Shown here in pieces: positions 37,635 through 48,574 of a stretch of DNA of 64,000 nt (positions are counted from its first letter, which is position 1; each line of letters starts with the position of its first letter). This DNA is from an uncultured Alphaproteobacteria bacterium (lineage in GTDB: Bacteria; Pseudomonadota; Alphaproteobacteria; Rhodobacterales; Rhodobacteraceae). The DNA is taken from assembly GCA_963777765.1 (NCBI GenBank), contig CAVZRP010000007.1, forward strand, positions 397,968-461,967, read 5' to 3'. The position numbers and the translations under genes were made by a program. The notes under the pieces were generated by a model. The model was not told where the DNA came from. It worked only from the letters and a program-made list of their open reading frames with translations, and did not search any database.

Positions 37635-38711
37635 TCAGTCGATCAGCGGGAGCGTGCGCTTTTCGCGCGCCGACAAGGCAGCGGTATCGACGATGCGCTG
37701 GCCGAGCAGGCTTGTTTCGGGGGCGAGCGGGCCGGTAATGGGCTCGTCGCGGGTAAGGCAGGTCAGCAGATACTCTACGGCGTTGCTGCGGCCTTGGGGC
37801 AGGGGTTCGACCGGGATTGCGTGGGCCTCTGGCCGCGCGCGGGTCTGCAGGATGAGGTGCTGGGCATAGTCGAGGCTCGCGAGCGTGCCGTCGCTGCCGA
37901 TGAAGGTGAAGCCGCAGGCGGGCTGGGGCTGGATCGTCCAGGGATCGGTGAAGGTGCCCCAGCGGGTTTCCATCGTGGACAGGCCTGTTGCGTAGCGGCA
38001 GACGGTGACGGAGTGCTGGTCGACCTCGATCCCCGGGGTGTGGTCGATGGTGGAGGTCACCTCCAGCGGGACCGCGCCGTTCATGTACCAGGTGCCGAGG
38101 GTCGCGCCGTAGCCGAGGTAGTCGAGCAGGCTGCCGCCGCCAGAGTTCCGGCGATACCACCAGGAGGCGGGTTTCTGCCGCTCCACCTCCTCCGGCGAAA
38201 CCTCGATCTTGTCGGCGAGATGGTAGAGCGGGCCGCGGTTGCCGCCGTAGTAGCGCACTTCCAGCAGCGCGCCGATGATTCCGTCGTCGATCAGGCGCTT
38301 TGCCATGGCGTGGCCGGGGGACCAGACGGCGGGCCAGTTTACGGCAAGGCGGCCGCCTGTCGGCGCCATCGCCGCGATCATGCGGCGGGCGTCGGCGACG
38401 GAGGTGGCGAAGGGCTTCTCGACAAGGACGTGGGTGGCGTGGGCCGCAAGGCGTTCCGTGTCGCGGGCGTGGTCGGCAGTCGCGCTGCACAGGATGGCGA
38501 GATCGGGACGGGTGGCGGACAGACAGGCGTCAAGATCGGTGAAGACGCGGTCCGGCGGGATGCCAAGGGCGGCGATGGCGCCGGCCATGCGGGAGGGGTC
38601 CGGATCGCAGATGCCTGCGATCTCGGCCTCGGGGTGGTCATGGACCTGCCGCAGCAGGTCGCCCATGTGCATGTGATCGAAACTGACGCCGACGACGCGG
38701 AAGCGGGGCAT
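37635..38711 (-). CDS. Gfo/Idh/MocA family oxidoreductase
   Basis: HVLVEKP, GGGSLLDYLGY. Confidence 0.92.
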   Translation of the reverse strand: MPRFRVVGVSFDHMHMGDLLRQVHDHPEAEIAGICDPDPSRMAGAIAALGIPPDRVFTDLDACLSATRPDLAILCSATADHARDTERLAAHATHVLVEKPFATSVADARRMIAAMAPTGGRLAVNWPAVWSPGHAMAKRLIDDGIIGALLEVRYYGGNRGPLYHLADKIEVSPEEVERQKPASWWYRRNSGGGSLLDYLGYGATLGTWYMNGAVPLEVTSTIDHTPGIEVDQHSVTVCRYATGLSTMETRWGTFTDPWTIQPQPACGFTFIGSDGTLASLDYAQHLILQTRARPEAHAIPVEPLPQGRSNAVEYLLTCLTRDEPITGPLAPETSLLGQRIVDTAALSAREKRTLPLID

Positions 38712-38728
38712 GGTGGTTGCCCCCGCCG

Positions 38729-39706
38729 TCAGTTCTGATTGGTCAGGCGGACGTAGAGCGCCGTGACGGCCAGGATGATGAGGCCGAACAGGATGCGCCG
38801 CGCGCCCTCGGGCATCTGGAGGAGCGTGAGCATGGTGGTCAGGACCGTCAGGATCAGCGCGCCGATGATCGTGCCGCCATAGCCGCCGCGCCCGCCGAAG
38901 ATCGACGTTCCGCCGACGACGGCGGCTGCGACCGACGGCAGGTCGAGCGGCAGCGCGAGCGAGAGCGAGGGGGTCTTTACGATGCCGAGATACAGCAGGC
39001 CCGTCAGCCCGGCGATGACGCCCGAAAGCGAGTAGAGGGCGAGGTAGACCTGCCAGCCGCGCACGCCCGAAAGGCGCGCCGCGCGTTCGTTCGAGCCGAG
39101 GGCATAGAGCAGGCGACCGAAACCCGTGCGCCTTTGCGCCCAGATCACCAGGGCTGCGAAGGGCACGAACAGGAACAGACCGTTGGGCAGGCCGAGCGTC
39201 CGACCGATCCCGAGCCAGACGAGCACATCGGGAATTTTTGTGCCCGTGGCGATGACGTAGCGCTGGTAGACGAGCAGGCAGCCGCTGCTGATAAGGGCTG
39301 TCCCGAGCGTCATGATAAGGGGATGCACACGGCAGACCGCGACGCCGAAGCCGTTCACCGCCCCGATCAGAAGGGCGCAGAGCAGCCCGATGCTGACCGC
39401 CGCAGGCGCGCCGATCAGGGGTGTCAGCGTCGCAGTCGCGAAGGCGGCGATGGTGGCGACGGTGCCCGCCGACAGATCAATGCCCCCGGTCAGCATGGTC
39501 AGCGTCTGGCAGGCCGCGAGCATCGCCAGCGGGATGGCGACCTTGATCGTGTTGGCGAGCCAGCGCGAGTTGACGATGCCGGGCTGCATGACCTCGAGCA
39601 GCACGACGAGGCCGATCAGAAGCAGGACCAGGGGCACGAGCGGCCTGTCGCCCATGAAGCGCGCGACGCGGGTGAGGGCGGGAGGCTGGGTGGCGGCTGT
39701 CGTCAT
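38729..39706 (-). CDS. sugar ABC transporter permease
   Basis: GGIDLS, FGR.LYALGSNERAARLSG, AAAVVGGTSIFGGRG. Confidence 0.94.
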   Translation of the reverse strand: MTTAATQPPALTRVARFMGDRPLVPLVLLLIGLVVLLEVMQPGIVNSRWLANTIKVAIPLAMLAACQTLTMLTGGIDLSAGTVATIAAFATATLTPLIGAPAAVSIGLLCALLIGAVNGFGVAVCRVHPLIMTLGTALISSGCLLVYQRYVIATGTKIPDVLVWLGIGRTLGLPNGLFLFVPFAALVIWAQRRTGFGRLLYALGSNERAARLSGVRGWQVYLALYSLSGVIAGLTGLLYLGIVKTPSLSLALPLDLPSVAAAVVGGTSIFGGRGGYGGTIIGALILTVLTTMLTLLQMPEGARRILFGLIILAVTALYVRLTNQN

Positions 39707-40677
39707 CTCTGTCGTCCCTTCATCGCCAGCACGCCGCCCAGCATGACCACGGCCACCATGATCGACCCCTCGATGATGGTGGTCACGTTGGGGTCCACTG
39801 ACATCAGCGTCAGGTCCATCCGCACGAGGCGCAGCACGAAGACGGCGAGGATCGGGCCGAGGATGCCGCCGCGCCCGCCGCCGAGCACGACGCCGCCCAG
39901 AACCACCGCCGCGACCGAGGCAAGCAGGTAGGGTCCGGGGATCGGCTCGCCTATTCCGGTGCTCATGGTGACCGAAAGCCCGCCGAGCGCCGCAAAGAGC
40001 CCCGTCACCGCATAGGCCGCGATGCGCGTGGCACCGACGGGCACGCCGGAACGGAAGGCCGCGAGCGTGTCGCTGCCGATGGCATAGAAGGCGAGGCCTA
40101 GCCGAGAGCGGCGGATCGGAAGCCAGATCGCGGTGACACAGACGGCAAGGAAGATCACGGATTTCGGAATCCACTCGGTCAACGCGGCTGGGACACCGGG
40201 CAGGATGACGCCACCGACGATGAGCGCCTGAAGCCAGTTCGCCGCCCCGCCGCCGGGCGCATTGAGGATGAGCAGCGCCACACCCTGCCAGACGAAAAGC
40301 ATGGCGAGGGTCACCACGATGTCGGGCACTCGGGTGAGGACGATGAGCGTACCGTTGATCGCCCCCATTGCCATGCCGAGGCCAAGGACAAAGAGGACGG
40401 CGAGCGCGGCCTGCCCGTCGCTCGCCCCGTCCATCAGGACGGCGGCGGTGACGCTGGCCACGGCCATCATCGCCGCGATCGACAGGTCGATCCCGCCCGC
40501 GATGACGACGATCGCCATGCCTACGGTGGCAAGCGCGAATGGCAGGGCTGCGCGGGCGAGGGAATCGAGGCCGGAAATGCCGAAATCCGGCTGGATCAGC
40601 TTGGTCGCCACCAGCAGCATTGCGAGGAGCAGGCCGAGGCCGACGGTCCAGCTGTTGGACGAAACGAGGCGCATCAT
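39703..40677 (-). CDS. sugar ABC transporter permease
   Basis: GGIDLS, YAIGSD, AAVVLGG...GGRG. Confidence 0.94.
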   Translation of the reverse strand: MMRLVSSNSWTVGLGLLLAMLLVATKLIQPDFGISGLDSLARAALPFALATVGMAIVVIAGGIDLSIAAMMAVASVTAAVLMDGASDGQAALAVLFVLGLGMAMGAINGTLIVLTRVPDIVVTLAMLFVWQGVALLILNAPGGGAANWLQALIVGGVILPGVPAALTEWIPKSVIFLAVCVTAIWLPIRRSRLGLAFYAIGSDTLAAFRSGVPVGATRIAAYAVTGLFAALGGLSVTMSTGIGEPIPGPYLLASVAAVVLGGVVLGGGRGGILGPILAVFVLRLVRMDLTLMSVDPNVTTIIEGSIMVAVVMLGGVLAMKGRQR

Positions 40678-42176
40678 GCGGGGACCATGGCGCGGCCGCG
40701 CAGGCCGTAGGCGGCGCGCATCAGGGTGGCCTCGTCCGCCTCGGCTGCCTCGATCACATCCACCACGCGCCCGTTGAAAATCACCACGGCGCGGTCACAG
40801 GCGAGGCGCACCTCGGCCAGTTCCGAGGTATAGAACAGCACCGCCGCCCCCTGATCGGCGAGGTCGCGGACAAGGGCGTAAATCTGGCGCTTGGTGCGGA
40901 TGTCGATACCGCGCGTCGGGTCGAAGAGCAGCAGTGTCTCCACACCACGCGCGATCCAGCGGGCGATGGTGACCTTCTGCTGGTTGCCGCCGGACAGGCG
41001 GCGCACCTCGCCCTGCGCGCGTGTGTCGATCTGCAGGCGTTCGATCGCCGCTTTCACGCGATTCGCTTCATCGCGCATCGGGATGGCACCCCAGTTGCGG
41101 AAACGGGCGAGCTGGGGGAGGGCGATATTCTCGTGCACAGAGCGGGACATGAGGAGGGCATCGGATCGGTCGCCGGGAACGAGGGTAAGACCAGCCGCGA
41201 TGGCATCGGCGGGGTGGCGGAAATCGGTGGCCGTGCCGTTCACCTCGATCCGGCCCGAGGTGGCGCGGCGGTTTCCGGCAAGCGCGTCGAACAGTTCGTC
41301 CTGGCCCTGCCCTTCGAGAGCGACGACGCCCAGCACCTCGCCCGCGTGAAGGTCAAGCGACACATCGGCGAGGCGCTCGCCGACCCGAAGGGAGCTGACT
41401 CGCAGGCGCGGAGGGTCGGTGCGCCCGCGCGCCGCGCGGGCCGTCGTGGCGGCGGGGGTGGCGATGGCGCCGCCCAGCATGAGGTCGACGATGCGCTCTT
41501 CCACCCCCGGCTCGATGGGCAGGTCGCCTACGGTCACGCCATCGCGCAGGATGGTGGCGCGGTCGCATAGCGTGGCGATTTCGGTGAAGCGGTGCGAGAT
41601 GTAGATGACGGAGCGGCCCGCGGTAGCCTGCTCGCGTACGACCGACAGCACGCGTTCGACGAGGTCGGTGGGCAGGGCCGCCGTCATCTCGTCGAGCAGC
41701 AGCACGTCGGGCTCGACGGCCAGTGCTCGGGCGAGGTCAAGGATGCGGAGCGTGGCAAGGGGGAGGCGGCCGATCATGTCGTCCAGCCTGAGGTCGGGGA
41801 TGCCGAGTGAGGTCACCCAGTGACGGAACGGCTCCGCCGGGGTCTGGCCTAGGCGCAGGTTGTCGGCAACCGAGAGGTCGGGGATCAGCGAGGGCTCCTG
41901 GTAGACCGGCACAAGACCAGACCGGCGGGCGGCGGCGGGAGAGGCGATATGTGTGTCGCGGCCACGGATGCGGAAATGGCCGCTGTCGGCGCGCAGTGCA
42001 CCTGTGAGGATCTTGACGAAGGTCGATTTACCCGCGCCGTTCGCACCCATGAGGGCCACGATCTCGCCCCGCTCCAGCCGCAGCGAGGCGTCGCGCAGCG
42101 CAATCACCGCGCCGAAGCGCTTGGAAATACCCGCAGCGTCGAGGACGGGCACGGTCGGTGGGTCTTTTGGGGTCAT
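40674..42176 (-). CDS. sugar ABC transporter ATPase (two-domain, RbsA-like)
   Basis: GANGAGKST, LLLDE, LSGGNQQK, DPTRGID. Confidence 0.95.
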   Translation of the reverse strand: MTPKDPPTVPVLDAAGISKRFGAVIALRDASLRLERGEIVALMGANGAGKSTFVKILTGALRADSGHFRIRGRDTHIASPAAARRSGLVPVYQEPSLIPDLSVADNLRLGQTPAEPFRHWVTSLGIPDLRLDDMIGRLPLATLRILDLARALAVEPDVLLLDEMTAALPTDLVERVLSVVREQATAGRSVIYISHRFTEIATLCDRATILRDGVTVGDLPIEPGVEERIVDLMLGGAIATPAATTARAARGRTDPPRLRVSSLRVGERLADVSLDLHAGEVLGVVALEGQGQDELFDALAGNRRATSGRIEVNGTATDFRHPADAIAAGLTLVPGDRSDALLMSRSVHENIALPQLARFRNWGAIPMRDEANRVKAAIERLQIDTRAQGEVRRLSGGNQQKVTIARWIARGVETLLLFDPTRGIDIRTKRQIYALVRDLADQGAAVLFYTSELAEVRLACDRAVVIFNGRVVDVIEAAEADEATLMRAAYGLRGRAMVPA

Positions 42177-42239
42177 GCCAGCCGGTTCTGTTGCGGGATC
42201 GGGGGTGCCCCCGGCTTTGGGCCGGGGGCGTTCGGCATG

Positions 42240-43265
42240 CTACTCGCCGGGGCCCTTGCAGGCGATGATCTGATCCATCGTGTAGGTGGTCCAGCCCGGG
42301 ATCGAGACGCTGACCGGCCATTCCGGGCTGAGGTTCGGGTTCTGGCCCGCCGCGATGAGCGCCTTGCCTTCATCCGACACGTTATCCCACAGGACCGGGT
42401 CGACCAGCACGGTCTTTTCCGCCGGGGCCTTGCCATCGAGGATCTGGATGGCAAGGGCCACGCCTGCGCCGCCGACCGAGCCGGGGTTCGTCACGGCGGC
42501 GCCCTTCAGCCCTTCGACGCTGGTCAACTGGTTGACGAAGCCCGCGTTGTCGGCACCGACGATCGGCACAAGGGGCGCGCCCGACTCGACGAAGGCATCG
42601 ACGATCACGTTGTCGATCCCCGAGGTCCAGACGCCCTGGAACGGGACGCCCGCCGAGATGATGTCGTTGATCTGCTGTTTGCCCTGGTCCTGCTGCCAGC
42701 CTGTGAAGACCTCCTGCGCGACGGTGATGTCGGGGAATTCGGCCATTGCGCGTTTGAAGCCCTTGTCGCGGTCATTGTCCGCGCCCGCCCCTGCGGCCCC
42801 CCGCATGTAGACGACCGCGCCCTTGCCACCCATCTGCTCGAACAGCCACTTCGCACCGAGATAGGCGTACTGTTCCTGGTTGTTGGACAGGATGTAGGCG
42901 GAAGGCTCGGTTACCGCCTGGTCGACGGCGACGACGACGATGCCCTTGTCGGTGGCTTCCTTGATGGCCGCGTTGATGCCGTCGGCATTGGCTGGGTTGA
43001 CGACGATGGCGTTGACGCCCGCCTGGATCAGGTTGCGGATATCCTCGAGCTGGCCGGCCGCATCGGTGTTGCGGTGTGCGATGTTGAGCGATTCCACCTT
43101 GCCCGAGGCCAGCGCCTCGGCCTTCATGGCGCAGACCATCTCTTCGCGCCAGCCGTTGCCCTGAACGGTGTTGGAGATGCCGATCTTGTAGCCTTCGGCC
43201 ATGGCTGCGCCGCCGAAGGCGATGGCCATGGCGACCGAGGCGGTTCCCAGAAGCAGTTTCTTCAT
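42240..43265 (-). CDS. sugar ABC transporter substrate-binding protein
   Basis: Signal peptide, IGISN..GNGWREEM, periplasmic binding protein type 1 pattern; intercistronic hairpin near 42207-42229. Confidence 0.93.
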   Translation of the reverse strand: MKKLLLGTASVAMAIAFGGAAMAEGYKIGISNTVQGNGWREEMVCAMKAEALASGKVESLNIAHRNTDAAGQLEDIRNLIQAGVNAIVVNPANADGINAAIKEATDKGIVVVAVDQAVTEPSAYILSNNQEQYAYLGAKWLFEQMGGKGAVVYMRGAAGAGADNDRDKGFKRAMAEFPDITVAQEVFTGWQQDQGKQQINDIISAGVPFQGVWTSGIDNVIVDAFVESGAPLVPIVGADNAGFVNQLTSVEGLKGAAVTNPGSVGGAGVALAIQILDGKAPAEKTVLVDPVLWDNVSDEGKALIAAGQNPNLSPEWPVSVSIPGWTTYTMDQIIACKGPGE

Positions 43266-43312
43266 TGCTAGTCCTCCCGTTGAAAAGTGCTGTGGTTCAG
43301 TCTTGCGTCGTC

Positions 43313-44228
43313 CTACTTCACGAAGGGGCGAAGGACGTCTCTCGCCAGAAGGAAGCCGCGCCTGATGTTGTCGGGCGTTCCTTCGAAGTTCCGATCCTCA
43401 TGCTCGATGATGACGGGGCCGTCATACCCGGCGCGGTAAAGGCCCGCGAAGATCGCGGGCCAGTCCACATCGCCGAGGCCCGGCATCCGCGGAACCTGCC
43501 ACCCCATGCCGAGGGACATGTATGCCGTTTTCATAAAGTCCGTCGCGGTCGATCATCAGATCCTTGGCGTGGACATGCACCATACGGCTGCCAAACTCCC
43601 GGATGAAGCGGAGCGGGTCGATCATCTGCCAAACAAGATGGCTGGGATCGAAATTCATGCCGACCGCGTCACCCCATGTCTCGAAGATACGTCGCCAGAT
43701 TTTGGGCGAGTAGGCGATGTTGTGGCCGCCCGGCCATTCGTCCTGCGAGAAGATCATCGGGCAGTTCTCGAAGGCGAGGGTGATGCCATGGTCCTTGGCG
43801 TGGGCAACGATTGCGGGAAAGATCTGCGTGGCGCGGTCCCAGTTCTGGTCGAGCGTCAGGGTGCGGTCGCCGCCGACGAAGGTGTTCACGACGGGGACAT
43901 TCAGGAGCGCAGCGGCGGTGATGACCTTTTTCAGGTGGCCGATGACGCTGTCACGATGCGCGGCGTCGGCGTGAAGCGGGTTGGGGTAGTAGCCCAGGGC
44001 AGAGATGGACAGGCCGCGCGCGCGGACCGAGGCCGCGATCTTTTCCGCGCCTGCCTGCGTCATGCCTTCGATCGGAAGATGCGCGGTTCCTGCGTAGCGC
44101 CGCGTCTCGGCCCCGGCAGCGGGCCAGCAGGCGATTTCCAGTGCATCGAACCCCGCTGAGGCGGACCATTCGGCCACCTCGCCAAGCGTGCTTTCCGGAA
44201 ACGGAGCCGTCAGGATACCAAGCTTCAT
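43313..44228 (-). CDS. sugar phosphate isomerase/epimerase (xylose-isomerase-like TIM barrel; one indel near 43520)
   Basis: ENCP, NFDPSH, HVHAKD, then R.PGLGDVDW, IEHED. Confidence 0.92.
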
Positions 44229-44246
44229 GTCGTCCTCCCTGTCTCG

Positions 44247-45401
44247 TCAGCCGGACTTCACGTCAGTCCAGCGCCCGGTGCGCGCGCTCTCCTGCACGGC
44301 ATCGCAGAGCAGCATTTCATGGTGCCCATCCTCGAAGCCGGCATAGGTTGAGGCAGGTGAGCGGCGACCCTTCGCAACATCGGCATAGACCTGGCGGAAA
44401 AGGGCGCGGAACGTATCGGCGAAGCCTTCGACATGGCCGCCCGGCAGGCCGACCGCAGCAGCGCCGCTGGTATTCATCAAGGCAGCGTCGCGTTGCAGGA
44501 TCTGGTTGGGCGCATCGCGGTGGCCGATCCAAAGCTGGTCGGGCTGTTCCGAGGCCCAGGCGGCCGATGCGGCAGACCCGGCGATTTCCCAGGTGAGCGA
44601 GTTCTTGCGTCCCTGACTGATTTGGCTTGTCGAAACCATGCCCCGCGCACCATTGGAAAACCGCAGCAGGATCGTGGCCGCATCGTCGGTTTCGATCCGG
44701 CGCGTTTCGGTCGCGCCGGTCGCGGCAGAAAAGGTTTCGACCGGGCCGACGGGCCTTTGGCGTTCTGGCAGGAAGGTGGCGAGTTCGGCGAGCACCTGCA
44801 CGGCGCGCTGACCGGCGATGAAACTGGTCAGATCAAGCCAGTGCGTCCCGATATCCCCGACCGATCGCAACACGCCGCCCCTGTCCGCCTCAAGCCGCCA
44901 GTTCCAGTCGGTAGGCTTGGCGAGCCAATCCTGATGGTAACTGCCGGTGACAAGGCGCACCTCGCCAAGCTCCCCCTCCGCCACCATCTGCCGGGCATGC
45001 TGGTTCAGCGGATAGAAGCGGGTGTTGTAGCAGACTGCGGCGACCAGGCCGCTGGACCGGGCCTGCACCACCATCTCGGCCGATTGGGCCGAGGTCATGG
45101 CAAGGGGTTTCTCGCAGATCACGTGGCGCCCAGCGGCGAGGATCTGCCTGACCTGATCGAAATGCGCGACATTGGGCGAGGTGACATGGACCACGGCAAC
45201 CGTCGGGTCTGCCAGTAGCTCATCGAGCGAGGCATAGGCGCGGTCGATGCAGAGGGCCGCCGCACGTTCTGCCCCACGTGCGGGAGTGGAGCCAAGGACG
45301 CCTCTGATCGGGATACCGAGGCGGCGCAGCGCCTCGATATGCACGGTGCCGATGAAGCCGGTGCCGATCACGGCGGCACCTGTTCGCGTGGGGTCGGTCA
45401 T
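44247..45401 (-). CDS. Gfo/Idh/MocA family oxidoreductase
   Basis: GTGFIG..H, HVICEKP, WNWR, DIGTHW.D. Confidence 0.94.
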   Translation of the reverse strand: MTDPTRTGAAVIGTGFIGTVHIEALRRLGIPIRGVLGSTPARGAERAAALCIDRAYASLDELLADPTVAVVHVTSPNVAHFDQVRQILAAGRHVICEKPLAMTSAQSAEMVVQARSSGLVAAVCYNTRFYPLNQHARQMVAEGELGEVRLVTGSYHQDWLAKPTDWNWRLEADRGGVLRSVGDIGTHWLDLTSFIAGQRAVQVLAELATFLPERQRPVGPVETFSAATGATETRRIETDDAATILLRFSNGARGMVSTSQISQGRKNSLTWEIAGSAASAAWASEQPDQLWIGHRDAPNQILQRDAALMNTSGAAAVGLPGGHVEGFADTFRALFRQVYADVAKGRRSPASTYAGFEDGHHEMLLCDAVQESARTGRWTDVKSG

Positions 45402-45444
45402 CCTGCGCTCCTCCTCCCCGGATCATTCGACGGGGAGCAGAGTC

Positions 45445-45460
45445 TTTGCAACGATTTTTT
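45445..45460. promoter_or_regulatory. possible LacI-type operator upstream of the 45.4-37.6 kb operon
   Basis: tttGCAACGATTTTTT, a LacI-like imperfect palindrome with a central CG. Confidence 0.35.
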
Positions 45461-45507
45461 CACATTCCCGTTTCTGATAATCCAGTTCTATCGGGCGCGC
45501 ACCGCGT

Positions 45508-46434
45508 TCACGCTCCGCCGCGCTTCAGCCCATTCGCCCGCCCGATGTAGTCGGGAAGGTGCGGCACATAGTCCTCGGGCCCGTCGCCGCCTGTCGCCAC
45601 GGCGGTGGCATAGCTGTTCTTCACGGCGCTGCTCAGCGTCGTCGCGACGGTCGCCGCATTCGCCATCGCCTCGACATAGCGCATGTCCTTGTAGGCATTG
45701 CTCAGGGTGAACTTGTGCGCCTCGCGGTTGCCCTCGAGCGCGTAGCCCATGAAGGTCTGGTAGAAGCCGCAGTCCATCCGGCCGCCGCGGATCACGCTGT
45801 CGAAGGTTTCGACCGAGATCCCGACCTTCTGCGACAGCGTCAGCGCCTCGGCATAGAGCGCGCCATAGCCGAGCGACAGGAAGTTGTTCAGCAGTTTCAT
45901 CCGGTGGCCGTCGCCGACGCCGCCGATGTGCACGATCTTCGCCGGCCCATGTGGCGATGACCGGGCGGATCCGCTCGAACACCTCCGGCGAGGCGCCGAC
46001 CATGCAGTCGAGCGTGCCGGCCCAGGCCTCTTTCGGCGTCCGGCCCAGCGGTGCGTCGGCATAGTCGACGCCGATGTGCGGCCAGTTCGGCGGCGAGGCG
46101 TTCGGTCGACGGTCGGGTCACCGGTCGAGCAGTCGACGACCACGCTGCCCTTGCGCCAGCCCGGGCTTCAGCTGCGCCACGACCGCCGCCACCTCGGGCG
46201 AGCCGGTGAGGCAGAGGAAGACGATGTCGGACCGCCGCGGCGAGGTCTTCCATGCCGCTCGCCTCGACGGCGCCGCGCCCGACGAGGTCCTCGAGCGGCG
46301 CGCGGTTGCGATGCGCGATCACGGTCAGGGGATAGCCCTTCTCGACGATGTTCTTCGCCATGCCCTGCCCCATCAGGCCGATGCCGACAAAGCCCACGCT
46401 CAGGGGGGCGCGTCTGCGCTTGCGGTGTGGTCAT
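45508..46434 (-). CDS. 3-hydroxyisobutyrate dehydrogenase-family NAD(P) oxidoreductase (indels)
   Basis: GFVGIGLMGQGMA, VDCST, KLLNN, KDMRY. Confidence 0.88.
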
Positions 46435-46458
46435 GGCTGGTCTCCGATCTCGATGGGG

Positions 46459-47104
46459 TCAGGTCAGGTTGAAGCGCGCCCGCAGGTCCGCGACCTGTTC
46501 GGGCGTCAGGGTGCGGAGCGCGTGCGACTGCAGCATCAGGAACAATCGTGCCGTCTCTTCCAGTTCTTCGGTGGCATATTGCGCGTTGGCCAGGCGTGCT
46601 GCCCGCCACCACGGGGCCGTGATTGGCCAGCAGCACCGCATGGTGGCGGCCTGGCCAGTGCGCGCACCGCATGGGCCAGATCCGGGTCGCCCGGCGCGAA
46701 ATAGGGCACCAGCGGCAGGCGGCCCGACGCGCATGACGTAATAGGCCGTCAGCGCGGGCATGACATCCGCTGGATCGACGTCGCGCAGGATGCTGACGGC
46801 GGTGGCATGGGTGGAATGCAGATGCACGACCGCCCCGGCATCGGCCCGTTCGCCGTACATCGAGAAGTGCAGGAAGGCTTCCTTGGTGGGCGCGTCCCCG
46901 GACAGACTGCCGCCCCTCGGCATCGAAATGCGCCAGCCGCGCAGGATCGAGCGTGCCCAGCGAGACGTTCGTCGGCGTCATCAGCCAGCCGCCATCCGGC
47001 AGGCGGACCGAGATGTTGCCGCTTGACCCGGCCGTCAGGCCGCGGTCGAACAACGATGCGCCGACCCGGGCAATCTCGTCGCGCAGGCGGGTTTCGTCGG
47101 TCAT
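46459..47104 (-). CDS. otnC: 3-oxo-tetronate 4-phosphate decarboxylase (class II aldolase; indels)
   Basis: LFDRGLTAGSSGNIS, PTKE..LH..MY, VHLHSTH, LTAYYVMRVG, LANHGPVV, EELEETARL; operonic with otnK. Confidence 0.88.
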
Positions 47105-48397
47105 GCGGCGGGCTCCGTCGTCAGCAGGGTCCAGGCCCTCAGGAAGAAATCGGGGGCGCCGAAGTTGCCGGACTTCAGCGCCAGCGCAAGATCCGGCCCG
47201 CCGACGCTGCGCGTCCAGGGCACGCCGGGGTCGATCTCGGGGCCGATCTCGAGCATCCGGACGCCGAGCGCGTCCACGACCGCGCCCGACGTTTCTCCGC
47301 CGGCGATGACGAAGCGGGTGAAGCCCTGCCGCCTTCAGCGGTCACGCGCGATGTCGGCCAGGGCATGTTCCACCAGAGCGCCGGAGGCATCGCGGCCAAG
47401 CTGGGCCTGGACGCGCGCCAGCGTCTCGGGGTCGGCGCTGGAATAGATCAGGGGCGGCAGGTCGCCGCGTCTGGCGATCGCCCAGTCGGCCGCGCCTGGC
47501 GGACGTGTCGCGCCCTGCCGCGAGGGCCTCTACGTCCAGCGCGCAGCGTCGGCATTCCGGCCGCTGCGCGCCGTCGTCGATCTGTCCGCGCGTCGCGACC
47601 GAGCAGGACCCTGCAAGGATCACCGCACGTCCCGCTGGGCGCAGCCATCGCGGGCGGGACGCGACCGGGTTCGATCCTGCCCGCCTCGGACGAAGTTCGC
47701 GGCAAGCCCGAGGGCGATGCCCGATCCGCCGGTGACCAGCCGCATGTCGGCGCAGGCCGCGCCCAGCGTCAGCAGGTCGCGATCGTTCAGCGTATCGACG
47801 ACAAGAATACGCTGCCCGGCCGCCCGCGCCGCGGCGAAAGCCTCGCGCACCGCCGCCGGACCCCGCGCGATGGTCGCGCTGTCCACCAGCCCGACCGGCA
47901 CGCTGGTCTGCCGCCCCAGCACGCGCACCAGATTGGCATCGCGCATCGGGGTCAGCGGATGATCCTTCATCGGGCTGTCGGACAAGCAGCTGGCTCTCCG
48001 ACGAAGAGGTGGCCCTTGTAGACCGTGCGGCCATTCGCCGGAAAGGACGGACAGGCGATGGTCAGGTCGGTGCCGGTCAGCGCCATCAACGCTTCGGCCA
48101 CCGGGCCGATGTTGCCCGCGTCGGTGCTGTCGAAGGTGGAGCAGTACTTGAAAAGCATCTGCTCGGCTCCGGCGTTCAGCAGCGCCTGGCGCGGCGGCCA
48201 GCGACATCTCAACCGCCTGCTGCCGCGGGAATGGTGCGCGACTTCAGCGCGATCACGACGGCATCCGCCTGCGGCAGGGGTCGTCCCGCCTCGGGCACGC
48301 CGATGACCTGAATCGTGTGCATTCCCGCGCGCGACAGCATCAGGCACAGATCGGTTGCCCCGGTGATGTCGTCCGCCACAGATCCGATCAGCACCAC
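47101..48397 (-). CDS. otnK: 3-oxo-tetronate kinase (DUF1537; many indels)
   Basis: ADDITGATD, ALKSR, FKYCSTFDST..GNIGPV, M..HPLTPM.DANL, TGGSG, AGGETSG, LKSGNFG. Confidence 0.92.
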
Positions 48398-48508
48398 AAT
48401 CCCCTCCGGGCGGGCCGCCAAGGGCGTGATGCCGGACGTCTTATCTCCCTGAATCCAGACGGAAAATAAGCTCTTGCATTGCCTTGGGCGAGTAGTCTAA
48501 CGCTTGCA

Positions 48509-48524
48509 ATGACAACGCTATCAT
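48509..48524. promoter_or_regulatory. LacI-family operator between otnK and ltnD
   Basis: ATGACAACGCTATCAT palindrome; 13/16 match to the site at 53734. Confidence 0.7.
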
Positions 48525-48574
48525 CGGGCTTGCGGCAGCACAAGCCAAAGCCGGATTTCGACGGAGGGGCCGTC

